DNA of 63,325 nucleotides, filler included, from Hausera hauseri (Eukaryota), in assembly GCA_046269625.1 (NCBI GenBank). It is 12 parts of 12 records of this genome, joined end to end, with 100 filler letters (N's around TTAATTAATTAA, not from the genome) between each part and the next. Parts side by side here need not be neighbours in the genome. Positions count along the whole stretch, not along the records: positions 9,583 to 13,596 come from JBJURY010818975.1; positions 13,697 to 18,430 come from JBJURY010457356.1; positions 18,531 to 23,361 come from JBJURY010421475.1; positions 23,462 to 27,428 come from JBJURY010851191.1; 8 more parts are not named here. One strand, written 5' to 3'. The notes below the pieces were generated by a model, which saw only the letters and a list, made by a program, of their open reading frames with translations, did no database searches and was not told where the DNA came from. Below, piece by piece: positions 11,461 to 23,621 of the stretch. Positions within the stretch are counted from its first letter, which is position 1, and the number at the start of each line of letters is the position of its first letter. The translations under genes were made by a program, and so were the position numbers.

Positions 11461-13527
11461 CTCGGTTTCCGGAATGCCGCGCAGACTTTTCAGCGACACA
11501 CCGATTTAATACTTTCAGATTTCACCTTTGCGCATCTATGTATTAACGATATCTTGGTTGCCTTCTCATCAGTTAAACAACACGAAGAACATTTACGATC
11601 CATCTTCAAACGCCTTAACCAGTTTAATCTACTGATCAATTTTGCGAAATGCAATTTCTTTCAAATACGCGTTAATTTTCTAGGACATATTATCTCATCA
11701 GACGGCCATTCGCCTCAGCCTGATTGAGTTGAGACTCTTAAAAATGTCAAACTACCTAAGACAACCACAAAATTGCGCAGTTTCCTTGGTACCTTGCATT
11801 TTGTCCACAAATATATTCCGTATTGTTCAGAACTCACGGAATCTTTTGCACATTTAAGCGGAGGAAAAAAACATTAGAAAATCATGTGGACACTACAACT
11901 GGTTAACGATTTTGACAGGTTACGTGAAGGACTAAAGACTGTGTAAATACTTGCATTTCCTAAACCTGACGCTGAGATAATTTAACTATAGATGCATCAA
12001 ACATCGCAGTAGATGCTTTACTACACCAGTTATACAAAGCAGCAAATCAACCCCTAGAATTTTTTTCCCGAAAAATAACGCCATCATAACCATATATTCA
12101 ACTTTCGATCGGGAATTGTTAGCAATAGTCCTCGCTTTAAGATATTTTTCTTATTTACTTATAGCCCGCCGTTTTGTTATACAGATAGATCATAAGCCGT
12201 TGAGTAATATAATGGCTATGAAACACCTTTCAACTCGATAAGAACGGCAAATTTTATATTTGACCACATTCAACTTAGACATCAAACATATCGAGGGTGT
12301 TGACAATTTAGTTGCCGATTTCCTATCCAGATTAGTCGGTTCAATTAATTTTTCGCCAATCTTCACTCAGACAAAGCTTCAAGAAAATCAACCATCGCAA
12401 GATATTCTCAATTCGTTCAAGTCCCACCAGATAATCGACGGCGTGGCCTTAGATACCTGCAAACCCGGACAATCCAGGATAATTCTTACTCCATCCTTAC
12501 ACAAACAAACATTTCAAAATGTACAATCGTTACATAATCCTAGTGCCAAAGCAACTTTTCGCTTATTTCACCGGCAAGTAATATGGCCTATTATGCCTTC
12601 TGTTGTGCAAGCGTGGGTTAAGGAGTGCGTGGCTTGCCAAAAATTTAAAATTACCAAACATTTGAAGCCACCACTTTACCATTTCCCTTGCACATCACGT
12701 TTCGAGTCTGTTCATGTAGATCTTGTTGACCGCCTTCCTCTTGACAACGGTCATCAGTTCATTTTGACCATGATGGATCGTTCATCACTATGGCCTGAAG
12801 CCGTCCCACTACAGAACACCAATACGGACACGATAGCCGACGTTTTTATACGCACGTGGATCAGCAGATTTGGATACTCTAGATTCATTATTACAGACCA
12901 ACGCACTCAATTTGAGTCCAATCTATTTAAATCTCTCGTTATCCGATTAGGAATCAGTCACATCCACTCGTCACCGTATCACCCTCAATCGAACGGTCTT
13001 CTGGAAAGATTTCACAGAACACTAAAAATGTCACTGAGGATCCTCGCAGAGTACAATAGCAGTGGACTACTCTCCTTCCTCTTGTTCTTGTGGGTTGGCG
13101 TATTACACATTCTACCTCTACATTTTATTCACCTACCAAAGTCCTTTTTGGAACACCTGTACGTTCACTGTTTAAATTAATAGCCTTAGAAGATACACCG
13201 ACAGACGAAGCTATCCGATTAGCACAAGACCATTTTGTTTCAGTCAGCCAAGATTCCTTCTGTAGGATCTTGAATAACAATAGAATATACTTACCGGAGG
13301 ATCTATATCCTGGAAAATTCGTCTGGTTGAGAAACCAAGTGCCGTGCGGTTTTCAACCACGGTATTCTGGGCCTTACAAACTCGTGCAATTGCATTCCCA
13401 CAATGCCGTTATTCTTAAAGACGGCAAAGAACTAGCAATGCACATCAACAACATAAAGTCCGCCTCTTTCGTTGATGATGCACCTCAAACTGAACCTTCC
13501 ACACCTTCTCTGACGCCACCGCAGTAG
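11461..13527 (+). mobile_element. Ty3/Gypsy pol (RT-RNase H-integrase), decayed, same family as the inverted copy
   Basis: GFRNAAQTFQR, IND(D)ILVA, DAS, YSTFDRELLA, DHKPL, DNLVADFLSR, HHCC region, integrase core and YSGPY. Confidence 0.92.
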
Positions 13528-13696
13528 TGTAAAAATGTAGGTTCGGTCCAACCCACCCAGGGGGAAGGTAATCGATAAATTGATTTTGCACATGTGNNNN
13601 NNNNNNNNNNNNNNNNNNNNNNNNNNNNNNNNNNNNNNNNTTAATTAATTAANNNNNNNNNNNNNNNNNNNNNNNNNNNNNNNNNNNNNNNNNNNN

Positions 13697-14978
13697 GGTT
13701 CAAGGAGATGTACGACACTGTCAAGCGTTTGCCTCGGTACCTCGTTCCTGTTTATTTTGATGCTGTTCTGTCCTGCACGTATCGAGTCATCAAGGAAGAC
13801 AGCTGGTATCTATTGGGAGATCTTATCGTCTTTGGATCGAGTTTCGTCACAGCACTCGGTCTCAGTTCGATTATGCTCCGCTCGGTCGTGCGAAATTACT
13901 GATTGCCCCCATTGGCAACCAATTACGAATGAGAACGAGCCACGTTGCCTGCCGGATTTCCACAGTTCGCCGAGGGCATCTGGAGAAATTTGGGTCGCGA
14001 TACGGTTACTGCTCTGCGTGGTTTACTATTCTTTACTAATAGATTTGAGGACGCTCATCAGATTATTTTTACTTATGGAGCAACCGTTCGATACGGACTC
14101 CTTCCGAACTTGCTTGGTGCTGAATTTACATGAAGATATAACGCGCGTGACGCTACTTGGTTCTGGCTGTATTTGATCAAGGATTATGAATTATCACAAA
14201 AGGAAATAAATAGCGATAGAGTCAGCATACTAAAAATGCCAGTTGTAAGAATGTCTTATAATGAAAACTCGCATGGAAAACACATTGCTAAACAAACGGT
14301 AATCGACGTCATTCAGGAAATTCTGCCGAGGCTTATGATGCAATTGCCTTTTTGAAACGCAATACTGAAAAAAGTACCGATGAACATAAGAAATTGGAAG
14401 GTTTCACAGTAACAGCTGAAATACGCAATGCAACGAAGTTTGCATATGGTGAAAATGTCCACGATAGCGGAACATGGATAGATAGGATGGGTAGCAGTTA
14501 TAAAGCAGGAAACAAAGGAGTCCCATCTACTCCAAAAGATGGCAGTAACGTAGAAATTCTTGGATGGTGCGGCGCTGTTTTGGAATGGCTTGTTGGCATT
14601 CAAGCGACTGGAATTTATCCTCATACACGAATGCAATATCGTGGTCAGTTACTTACTTCGACTGACTGGTACATTAATATCAAAGAGTTTTTCGATGATA
14701 TGTTTTTTATTCCACTTAATGCAACGGATTCTCATTTCGCACATAATCGAGGTATATATCCAGACACCGTAAATTCCTGTACAGGATTTTCCGACAATCA
14801 ATTAAGAACTAATATTTTAATCGCGACGGCTGTTGCACCATCGCTCTTCAAAATTCAAAACACATGGCATATTTTGCGTTTTAGCAGAGAAAGAGCTTCT
14901 TGGTCCTATTGGAATTCGTACGCTTTGTCCTCGTTATTGGGCTTACAGAGGCTATTACGACAACAGCAATGATTCAAC
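13697..14978 (+). pseudogene. AGL: Glycogen debranching enzyme, amylo-alpha-1,6-glucosidase (GH133) domain fragment
   Basis: LPRYLVPVYFD, AG.P.F..G.WR..GRDT..ALRGLL, R.GLLPNLL, RYNARDATWFWL, TWIDRMGSS.KAGNKGVPSTPKDGS.VEI.G, DNQLR.N, LLGPIGIRTL.P. Internal stops and frameshifts; no introns. Confidence 0.9.
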
Positions 14979-15499
14979 TATTGGTAAAAGTACGTTCGCA
15001 AACACTGATGAAACAATGTCATCAAAAAGTAGTGATGATTCGAGAAAAAATTTCTCACATCTGAATTCCCTGCAAAACAAAAACGATGAACTAAATTTGT
15101 TGATTGCAAACCAGAATTCTGACATTCTGACAGCATACCAAGCGTACATGTACAGCGTCATGCTCTACAGTGACCACATCTTCTACATACAGAAGTACAC
15201 TCTGCTCAACAGGTCAACCGACTCGATATCAGACCTCATCTGCAGTTTATTGAAATCACAAACCGTTCTATTGACAAAAGAATACACTATAAATGCCAGA
15301 TTCAGTTGTGCTGCAACTCATCAGCTTTCAAATACATCAGCACCACTTATCGACTTGACGGAAGTCGATTTGCACAACATTTGCAGACACAGTAAGACTA
15401 TTATTGTATCGTTTCTTAAACCACAAAATAATTTCATCCTAATCCGTGATTTAATGCGATCGGAAGATTCGGATACCCACAACATCTTTTATCATAAAA

Positions 15500-18430
15500 A
15501 TCGTCGAGCGGCTGCCGGACCCGGTCACGGAGGTTCGGCAACCTAGAGGTTGCCACGCCGGCGAGGTGGTGCTGCGCGTCGGGCTATCGCGCCAGAGCCG
15601 TTCGAGCGCCGGGCGTTTTTGCGTTGCGCGCCACAATGTCCACCCGTCGCCCAGACCCTCTATCTTTCCTTCCATTTTTTACTCAATAACAAAAACATAC
15701 ATACACACATGCAAGAACACACCACACACAACACGCATCTATCACCACCTTGCTAACCTTCTAGGCACTTCTAACTTTTTCTTATCTCACAGTGGTCTCA
15801 TTATTCACAACTTTCATGATTTTCTCCTTTTCAGACAGACCTCCTTTCTTATCCAAATCAATTTCAAAATTTTTGGCGGCATGAACTCGCCACCTTCGAT
15901 CGACACCACTGAAAAGCCAAAATCTATTCCAATATTACGTTGCGCCGGTACAGTCACACCTCCCGGCCTCCCTTTCGGCCATCACTGTACTGAATTCTTT
16001 ATCGACAGTCAGAACTCAAGTCAAATCTACCTTCATTTTCATTGCCTTAGGCTCTAATCTGCAAACATCACCAAATCTCTTCCAAAGGCCCATAGTCTTT
16101 TCTACTATTTACCAAATTCAATCAAAACGCAAATACCCAATCTTCTACAACTCTTCGAACATCCTCATCCTTACAAGGCGCTATACAACGCTGTTCTTAG
16201 GCTTGCAGAGCCTTCTTTGGATTCTATTATTCAACGCTACTTCAATGAGAACACCCTAGGCAATCAAATGCCATCATAATTTTTACAAATAGCTGTAAAT
16301 AATTTGAAAGCATTTGGAGTAACACAGGAACACAATGCAGATCTTTTAAGACGTTATTTTCTCCACGCCTTACCCTTACAAATTAGGGGTCCGTTAACCG
16401 TGGTAAAAGAATCTTTAGACCTCAATAAATTAACTGATTTAGCTGATAAATCATATGAATTATTACAAATGCACATTACCACACTTATCTCTACAACCAT
16501 CACACTAAACGATACACTGCAAAACGCATTACAACAACAAATAACTCAATTAAAGGCAGACAACAAGACGCTTTTAGAAACCATTAACAGTATAAATAAT
16601 AAGTTAAACCAACTGACTCTCTGAAGACAAAATTTCCCTGGTGCTGCCCATTCTGATAGACCTCCACTGCGCAACAGACGATCACCATCACCCATACGAT
16701 AGTTTATTTGTTACTATCACCACAATTTTGAAAACAACGCACACAAATGTTGCATTGGGTGCAAATTCTTTGCACCTAAATTTAAGTCGGGCAACAGCAT
16801 CTGCATCTACCATTCTAAATTCAACACTAAAGCTATAAAATGTTTACCAGGATGCAATTTCAACTTACATGAGAATCGGCAATCTTCAACTAACAAACAA
16901 AATTAAACACAGCAAAAAAACTAATAACGCCGCCAGCGTCATTGGCTACCTCTAGCAAAGGCTCAACTTTACAAAATTACAGCCGAAACACAACATATGA
17001 AGTCTTTACGTTGGAGGCAACTGTTGTTAAACCAATAAAACATAACATCAACTTCCTCATAGACACTGGAGCAGCTGTCTCTCTGCTTCCTCCTGAATAT
17101 GAGGTACATAACAAAACAAACTTACACAAAAAATATTCACTGCATCAGGAGCAGCACTAAATACCTTCGGCACTACCAGCATCACTTTTACATTACAAGG
17201 CAGCAAAATCACATACAATTGGGCATTCACAGTTGCCATTGTTCAAACTCCTATTTTGGGATCAAACTTCCTATCGCATTACCAACTACTGGTGGATTGC
17301 AGACGATGTTGCTTGATTAACTCAAACCAATTTGAACAATCTAATCAGGTGGATATCATTTCGACGACCGAACGGACGATCATTGGTCGTAAACATGCCC
17401 TTAAAAAATCACATATTAATTTAAAGTATTATTAGTCATCCATTATTTAGAGATTACTATAATGCAGTTGACAAATATGATAATTCCAACTCTCTGACAT
17501 CTTTCGCTAACGAAACTGCTCGTAACACCATTTTTAATTCCACAATATTGCACCAAATTCCACTGACGCTAAGCAAATTGCAATATCAGCATCACCGTCA
17601 ACCATGTTATCATCACTTCCACTGGAGTTGCAATCCTATGTATTTTCTTCTTGCACTCGTTTGTTGCAAAAAGACAATACTTTCAAACCATCCACACACA
17701 CTTTTCATGATATTGTCACAGAACACGAGAGACCCATACGACAAAAAGTACAACCATTATGTCCACGTCGGAGGCACGCAGTCGAAGCCGAATTTTCAGA
17801 ACTGCAACGCTTAGACATCATCAGAAGATCTAAATCTTTATGGGCTTCGCCATTACATGTTGTCCCTAAAAAGGACGGATCTTTTCGCCAATGCGGTGAC
17901 TACAGGCAACTGAATCAGATCACAACCATGGACGCCTACCCTTTGCCGCTAATCAATGACATTCTACATAGAATTCACGGCTCTACAATTTTCTCAAACA
18001 TCGATCTCCATAAGGCATACCACCAAATTCCTGTAGCACCAGCAAACATTCCAAAAACGGCAGTAACAACTCCTTTCGGACTTTTTGAATATTTATATAT
18101 GCCACTTGGTTTACGCAGTGCAGCCCAAACCTTTCAGAGGCATATAGACACCGTTTTAGCAGACCCAGACTTTGCATATCCTTACATTGACGATATGTTA
18201 ATTGCCTCTTCATCTTCTAAACAACATACTGAGCACCTACGCATCGTTTTCAAACGACTCCACCAAAACAATCTCGAAATATACTTCGCAAAATGTTCCT
18301 TCTTTAAACAAAGAATCAATTTCTTTAAACACATTATTACTCCAACCGGACATGCTCCACAGCAAGACCGCATCACTCAACTGAAAAACATTCAGTTACC
18401 ACGCACAACTTCAGAAATGCGTTCCTTCCT
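15500..18430 (+). mobile_element. Ty3/Gypsy element: 5' region, gag, aspartic protease and RT (decayed)
   Basis: Gag LGNQMPS..L...LLRRYFL..LP...L..LADK and CYYHHNF...AHKC...C; protease FLIDTGAAVSLLP; RT WASPLHVVPKKDGS, CGDYRQLN, PFGLFEY..MP.GLR.AAQTFQR, YIDD. Confidence 0.92.
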
Positions 18431-18530
18431 NNNNNNNNNNNNNNNNNNNNNNNNNNNNNNNNNNNNNNNNNNNNTTAATTAATTAANNNNNNNNNNNNNN
18501 NNNNNNNNNNNNNNNNNNNNNNNNNNNNNN

Positions 18531-18815
18531 AGCTTATTAAAACTACACAGTACCACATATTGGTATCAAAGTCAGCAAGAGCTGATGCTCAATGACTGTG
18601 GATCAAAGACAAGACCAAGTTGAGACAGTGGAGCACCACCTGCTGTCTTACTCCACGCTCCAGGAGCTAAGATTAAACCTACTACCTGACAACCTAGACA
18701 TAGACAGTGTCCTATATGGCAGCCCACAGCAGCTTATTAAAACTGCACAGTACCAGTACTACATAATGGCATCAAAGTCAACAAGGGCTGAAGCTGGATG
18801 ACTGGATCAAAGACA
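18531..18815 (+). repeat. 200-bp tandem duplication of a non-LTR retrotransposon C-terminal/3' segment
   Basis: agcttattaaaact.cacagtacca...tcaaagtca.caag.gctga at 18531 and 18731. ETVEHHLL...R..LLP...I.SVLYG...QL resembles the end of a LINE ORF2. Confidence 0.5.
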
Positions 18816-19377
18816 AAGCTGTTTTTTTTTCAGTCTGTTCTTGCATCTCCATGTGTCAGATAATTTTCTCTTTACATCTGTCAGTCTTTCTCTGTTGTAT
18901 CTCTCATATGTCTCTAAGGCCGCTCTCCATTGGCTAAGTGATGGGAGGAATAGCCTTAATCTCTTGATGAACAAACAACAAAATTCGAAATAAGCATTTC
19001 TGACTTGTCTAGGTGTTTCAACTGAATATTTTGAATTTGTAGTGCAAGTGTTTAGGTTCCTATTCGACAAAGGGACATTTGTGTATGATATTTTGAGGTA
19101 GTAGAGATAGCTCACTAGTCAGCAGTGACCTGCTCTTATGTGCAAGAGGATTGTTTTCTTTGGTCTTTGAAGCTGGTGTTGAGCAATGTTGATATACCGA
19201 TACTTTTCTTATGCCTTCTGTATGCATTTTCAGTTGTGGCTAGTTTAATCTGAATTACAGTTGTGAGGACGAGCCCACAGTCATGAAGATAAAGATGGGA
19301 GGAGACCGGTTACAGAAGAAAAATGGTTGATTGAACGTGCATGAAAAGAAGCAATGTATGAAAGTGCGTACTCTCGG

Positions 19378-19530
19378 GAATGAATGAATAAATGAAATCT
19401 TTATTTAACCAGGGTTAAAAAAAAGCACTATTGCCTTTTTACGTTTCTGCCCTGAGGGTAGAATTTTCCTAGAATTTTTCCCAGACAACGGATGTTAGGC
19501 CTACTCTTCTTCGATTTCCAACTTTGCAAG
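19378..19530 (-). mobile_element. 5'-truncated copy of the SINE at 21969-22283
   Basis: Reverse-complement match (aagagtaggcctaac...aaaattctagga...ccctg.ttaaataaagat) with a (TTCA)n-like tail. Confidence 0.8.
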
Positions 19531-20399
19531 AGTACAATCTGAGAGTTACTGGAACAGTAAGGTCATACTGTAAAGTATCTTGATATTGTCCCTGCTAACT
19601 GGTAGTGTTTGAGAAATTTCTGCAGAATCGGAGGGAAGAAAGTGTGTTCAAGAGAAGGTGATGCCATATAATAAATGGTTTACTAATGGGTGATAGAAGA
19701 AAATGTCTTTAGCTGACAAAATATGACAGAATCCCAAATAAAAAAAAGTTATGTCTGGTGAGCAAGAAAAATTCATGGATCAATGGAACATGCAAAGACA
19801 GAATACCAAGCAGCTGTATCAGAAGGAAGATTGGGGAAAGACCATGGCTGAAATACATTGAAAAATCAAACAAATTAAACGGTTCGGCCATCTTTTGTGA
19901 GAAAGCATCCAGACAAGATACCATTTTGTGCCTTCTACAGGGATGGAGTTGCTTTATGGATGGCTACCCAAAAGCTGACCTTGATACATAGTCAGCCCAT
20001 ATCGTCTGCCCACATTTTCCTTATTGTCCCTAGCTAACAGACAGAGGATAGGGATGGGCCCCAGTTGCCTGGTGATCACTTCTCAGTGGCCAAGACTTAG
20101 TTCACCTCCTAGACACCACTGGGAGAGCAGGAAAGCTCAGCTGCCCTCCTCCTCTTAGGACTGCAATGGCCCTTCTCAGGGCCCATCCAGAGGAGCTGAC
20201 GCTAGGTGATGTAGAGATAGAACAAAGAATAGGTGTCTTCTACAGGAAAAAAACATCTAGGTACTGAGCACAAGGTGGAGCCCTGATAGTATAGATGTCA
20301 GCCACTAAGTCTCTGTGCAAAGTATTCATCTTCTGCGTGGGTCAAGGTCAATGTTTTTAAATGTTTTCATAGCAATTCTTTTTACATTGCCAGGTTGTT

Positions 20400-20650
20400 A
20401 ACCCTGAGACCACATGATTTGAATCATGTGGTCATGGATTCAATCCCGGCTGTGGCAGGTTGTTTTCAAACCAAAACAGCTCCAGGAGTCTACCCAGTCT
20501 TAATAAATGGATACCTCCAAGAAAGTAAGGGCGGCTCGATGTTACTGTGGCCACATATATACCTAAATATGTGCCATTGGTCTATGAAAAATGTGGACAC
20601 TAACTCCACAATTCTTTGTATACCTTTAGGCGCGAGTGAGGTTCCTTTAC
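20400..20650 (+). mobile_element. Decayed SINE-like element
   Basis: Degenerate B-box (ggattcaatccc) followed by a gtctacccagtc..aaatggatacc block typical of SINE central domains. Confidence 0.4.
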
Positions 20651-20740
20651 TACCAAACACAAGGCAGACCAAGACAAAGATGAATAGAGAATGCTAAAAT
20701 TCATTACAAAGATAGTTCAAGCGGCACAAGACACACAGAT

Positions 20741-21900
20741 TTAACCATGACGCTGAAAGGTAGAATGTGAGCAAGAGATAATAAGAAGTTGGAACAAAAA
20801 GTGATTATAGGATATAGGATTTAGTTTTTGTAAAAGTATGTTGTGGTCTATTCTTTCAAATGGCTTACTCAAGTCTGTCAACAGAACACCGTATTTTACT
20901 AAATGTTCATGTTTGAGTGCCATATCTCGGTTAGTTTAGTTTATCGGAGATTAACAAGAGTGGGTACGTCTAAAGCCTGACTGATTTTCATGGACGAGAT
21001 TGAATTTATTGATAGAAGAGGTCTGCATATGATTACAAATATTGCGCTCGAGAGGCTTGGATATTGCAGAACAACAGAACTCCTACCATTTTATGATATA
21101 GCATTGAAATGATCTTTTTTATATTTCCTCAGAACATATTGTGAAGGGTTTCGATACTTTTTACAGTTCTCTTGTCTTTGATTCGCAGTCATCGAGCATC
21201 AGCTGTTGTTGACTTTTTGTAGTTAACATGGTCTCCAATTTTCTTAGTCTCCTTGTCGCCTCAGAGTTAAGTATTCTAGGTTCTCCAAGGTGGCACAGAT
21301 CTGGATTTCACACATTTTGCACGCAAAGGAGCATGGTAGCCCAAGACCGTAGTGACAGTTTTTAAAAATGTTTCCAGTGCCTCACTGGCAGTGGATGTTC
21401 CATACACATTTTGAAAGGGAGCTGCTAATAGATCTGCCAGAAATAGAGATTCACTAACATTTTTGAACGAGCGATTGTGGATAATTTGGTAGTGTAATTT
21501 GGGAATTCGAACTCCGTTCTTAGCCCAAGTACAGAATATTGGGTAGTGGTCTCTAAGACCACAGGTAGGGACACAGACCTCAGTTATTCGACTAGGGCTG
21601 CTGACATAGATGTGATCAATGCATGTTGACGACCTGTCTGCGACTCGGGTCGGTAGTGTTATAATCTGTTGTAGATTAAACACTGAGTATAGAGTTTCCC
21701 AGTTTGCATTCCGTTTCAATGCATCTATATTAAAATCTCCTAACATTATTACTTCAAGAGAGTCAGTTGAAACAAAATCCATCATGTCTGTAAAATGATC
21801 ATACCATCTTACTCTGGCCTCGGGATTTCGATACAGGAAGCATATCAAAAGAGGATTGAGATGCATCAGGTAAGACAATCATGGACCCCACTGGGGTATG
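20741..21900 (-). mobile_element. CR1/L2-type LINE ORF2 fragment (APE endonuclease + start of RT)
   Basis: MLGDFNID, PTRV...SSTCIDHIY, DHYPIF, R.FKN..E..FL.DL, HAPL....V.....PW, and GVLLTDLSKPFE.IDH.ILL.KL. Confidence 0.88.
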
Positions 21901-21968
21901 TAGTTTCCATAATTGTACTGGAGATCACCACGTTTCAGAATAGAGAATGACTGGGTTGGGGAGGGGGG

Positions 21969-22283
21969 GGAGGCGCAGTGGTCTCGAGGTACGATGTCTG
22001 CTTCGAGTGTCCGGGTTCGAATCCCGGTGGAAGCACTTGGGATTTTTTTCTCCTGGATCTTTTAGTAATACATTCCCCTGATCTCCGGGTAGTGAGATTG
22101 GACATCCGCATACATTGTCGTGCACGTTAAAAATCCCTTGGCAGTTGAAAATCGAAAAAGAGTAGGCCTAACGGTCGCTGTCCGGGAAAATTCTAGGAAT
22201 AATCTACTCCCAGAGAAGACGTAAACAGGCAATACTGCCTTTTTCTCAACCCTGATTAAATAAAGATCTTATCTTATCTTATC
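21969..22283 (+). mobile_element. tRNA-derived SINE with Deu/Nin-like central domain
   Basis: A-box ggcgcagtgg, B-box ggttcgaatcc, central ttaaaaatcccttggca...aagagtagg...gtcc.gg..aaattc, and a (TCTTA)n tail. A second copy lies at 19378. Confidence 0.8.
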
Positions 22284-23461
22284 TCTTTTAGAGAGTTCTC
22301 ATTGCTTGTTTTGCCAGAATATTTCGTTTGATCTTTCTCAGACACTTTGGAAAGCATATATCCATGAAATACTATCAACAATATATGGCTGAGAAGAAAA
22401 ATCTGCTCTCTTTGAAGATTGTGCTTACTGATCGTAAGCTTTTTGCTTTGTGAATCTGTCTCCACAATCACCACATGTGATGTCATTATCAGCTAGTCAT
22501 CTCAACATTGCTGTTGCCATCTCTGCCTTCATTTTCTTGCCAGACACAATTCTTTCATAGGCATCCAATTTCTGTAGGGCAATCTTGCCATTTTGATAGA
22601 CAACAATTACACACTCGCTACTAACATCTCTAGTCATTGGACCATCTTTAAAGACAATGGGATCATACGTGGCCTTGAATGAGTGAATGAATTCCTTAAC
22701 TTCAATTCATTGCCAGACATGTACCCAAAAGTTAAGAGACCTCAAATTTGTAATGAACGTATCAGCAACACAAAAATCAATATCAGCTACTGATTCAGAC
22801 CACAGTATCAAGAAAAGAATAGGTCAATACCATTACAGGATACAACTTTCAGGCAAGAACAAATGCAGTAGTTTATTAAAAAAAAACACATTATTTGCTT
22901 AAAAGAACTGGAATTTTGTTTTTATAGCCTTCAAAGCATGTCTGGTGTTGCTGCTCTCAGTTTCAAATTCTGGAAAACAATATTAACAGTGTTAACGTTC
23001 ATTGAAATGTTGATTTAAACTTGAGATGAGGTTTCTACTGTGCTGTATGTCTGAGCTGTAAAATGTTCAAAGAAAGCTTCATTTTATTTTTTGCAACATG
23101 TCATTAGCATTGTTTTTTGAGAATTTTATTTATTTTCAACTTGAGTTTGAAAGAGGGCATTTTCAGAAACGCCCTCAGCAGAAATGCATTCCTCTTTTTC
23201 TAGCCTAACGCACCGTTTTCCCTTCAGCTCCAGCCGGACCTGCTGCCGATCTTTGCCAGGTAACGGACTCTAAAGTCCAACGAGAATTTACTCTGAAAAC
23301 TCAAAGCATTTACATTTCATTGTACTTTCTTCATATCCTGAACGTTTGCTCTGAATTTTGCNNNNNNNNNNNNNNNNNNNNNNNNNNNNNNNNNNNNNNN
23401 NNNNNTTAATTAATTAANNNNNNNNNNNNNNNNNNNNNNNNNNNNNNNNNNNNNNNNNNNN

Positions 23462-23600
23462 TTTAGGGATTTGCAACTACTACAGAAGATTTATTCAAGG
23501 GTATGCCACAAAAGCTAAGGCATTAGAACAGATGTGCGTACTGAACAACAAAAAACTGGTATGGACCGAGTCTTGCAACGAAGCATTTGAAGCAATGAAG
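23462..23600 (+). mobile_element. Ty3/Gypsy RT thumb/connection fragment
   Basis: LGICNYYRRFIQGYA....L.........LVWTESCNEAFEAMK. Confidence 0.8.
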
Positions 23601-23621
23601 ATGGTAAAAACGCGATCTGCT

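Noticed and set aside
18820-20300. Possible RTE/R1-type LINE remnants
   Set aside because: Only faint motif traces; too decayed to assign boundaries or family.
21969-22035. tRNA gene
   Set aside because: A and B boxes are present but there is no complete cloverleaf; it is the head of a SINE.
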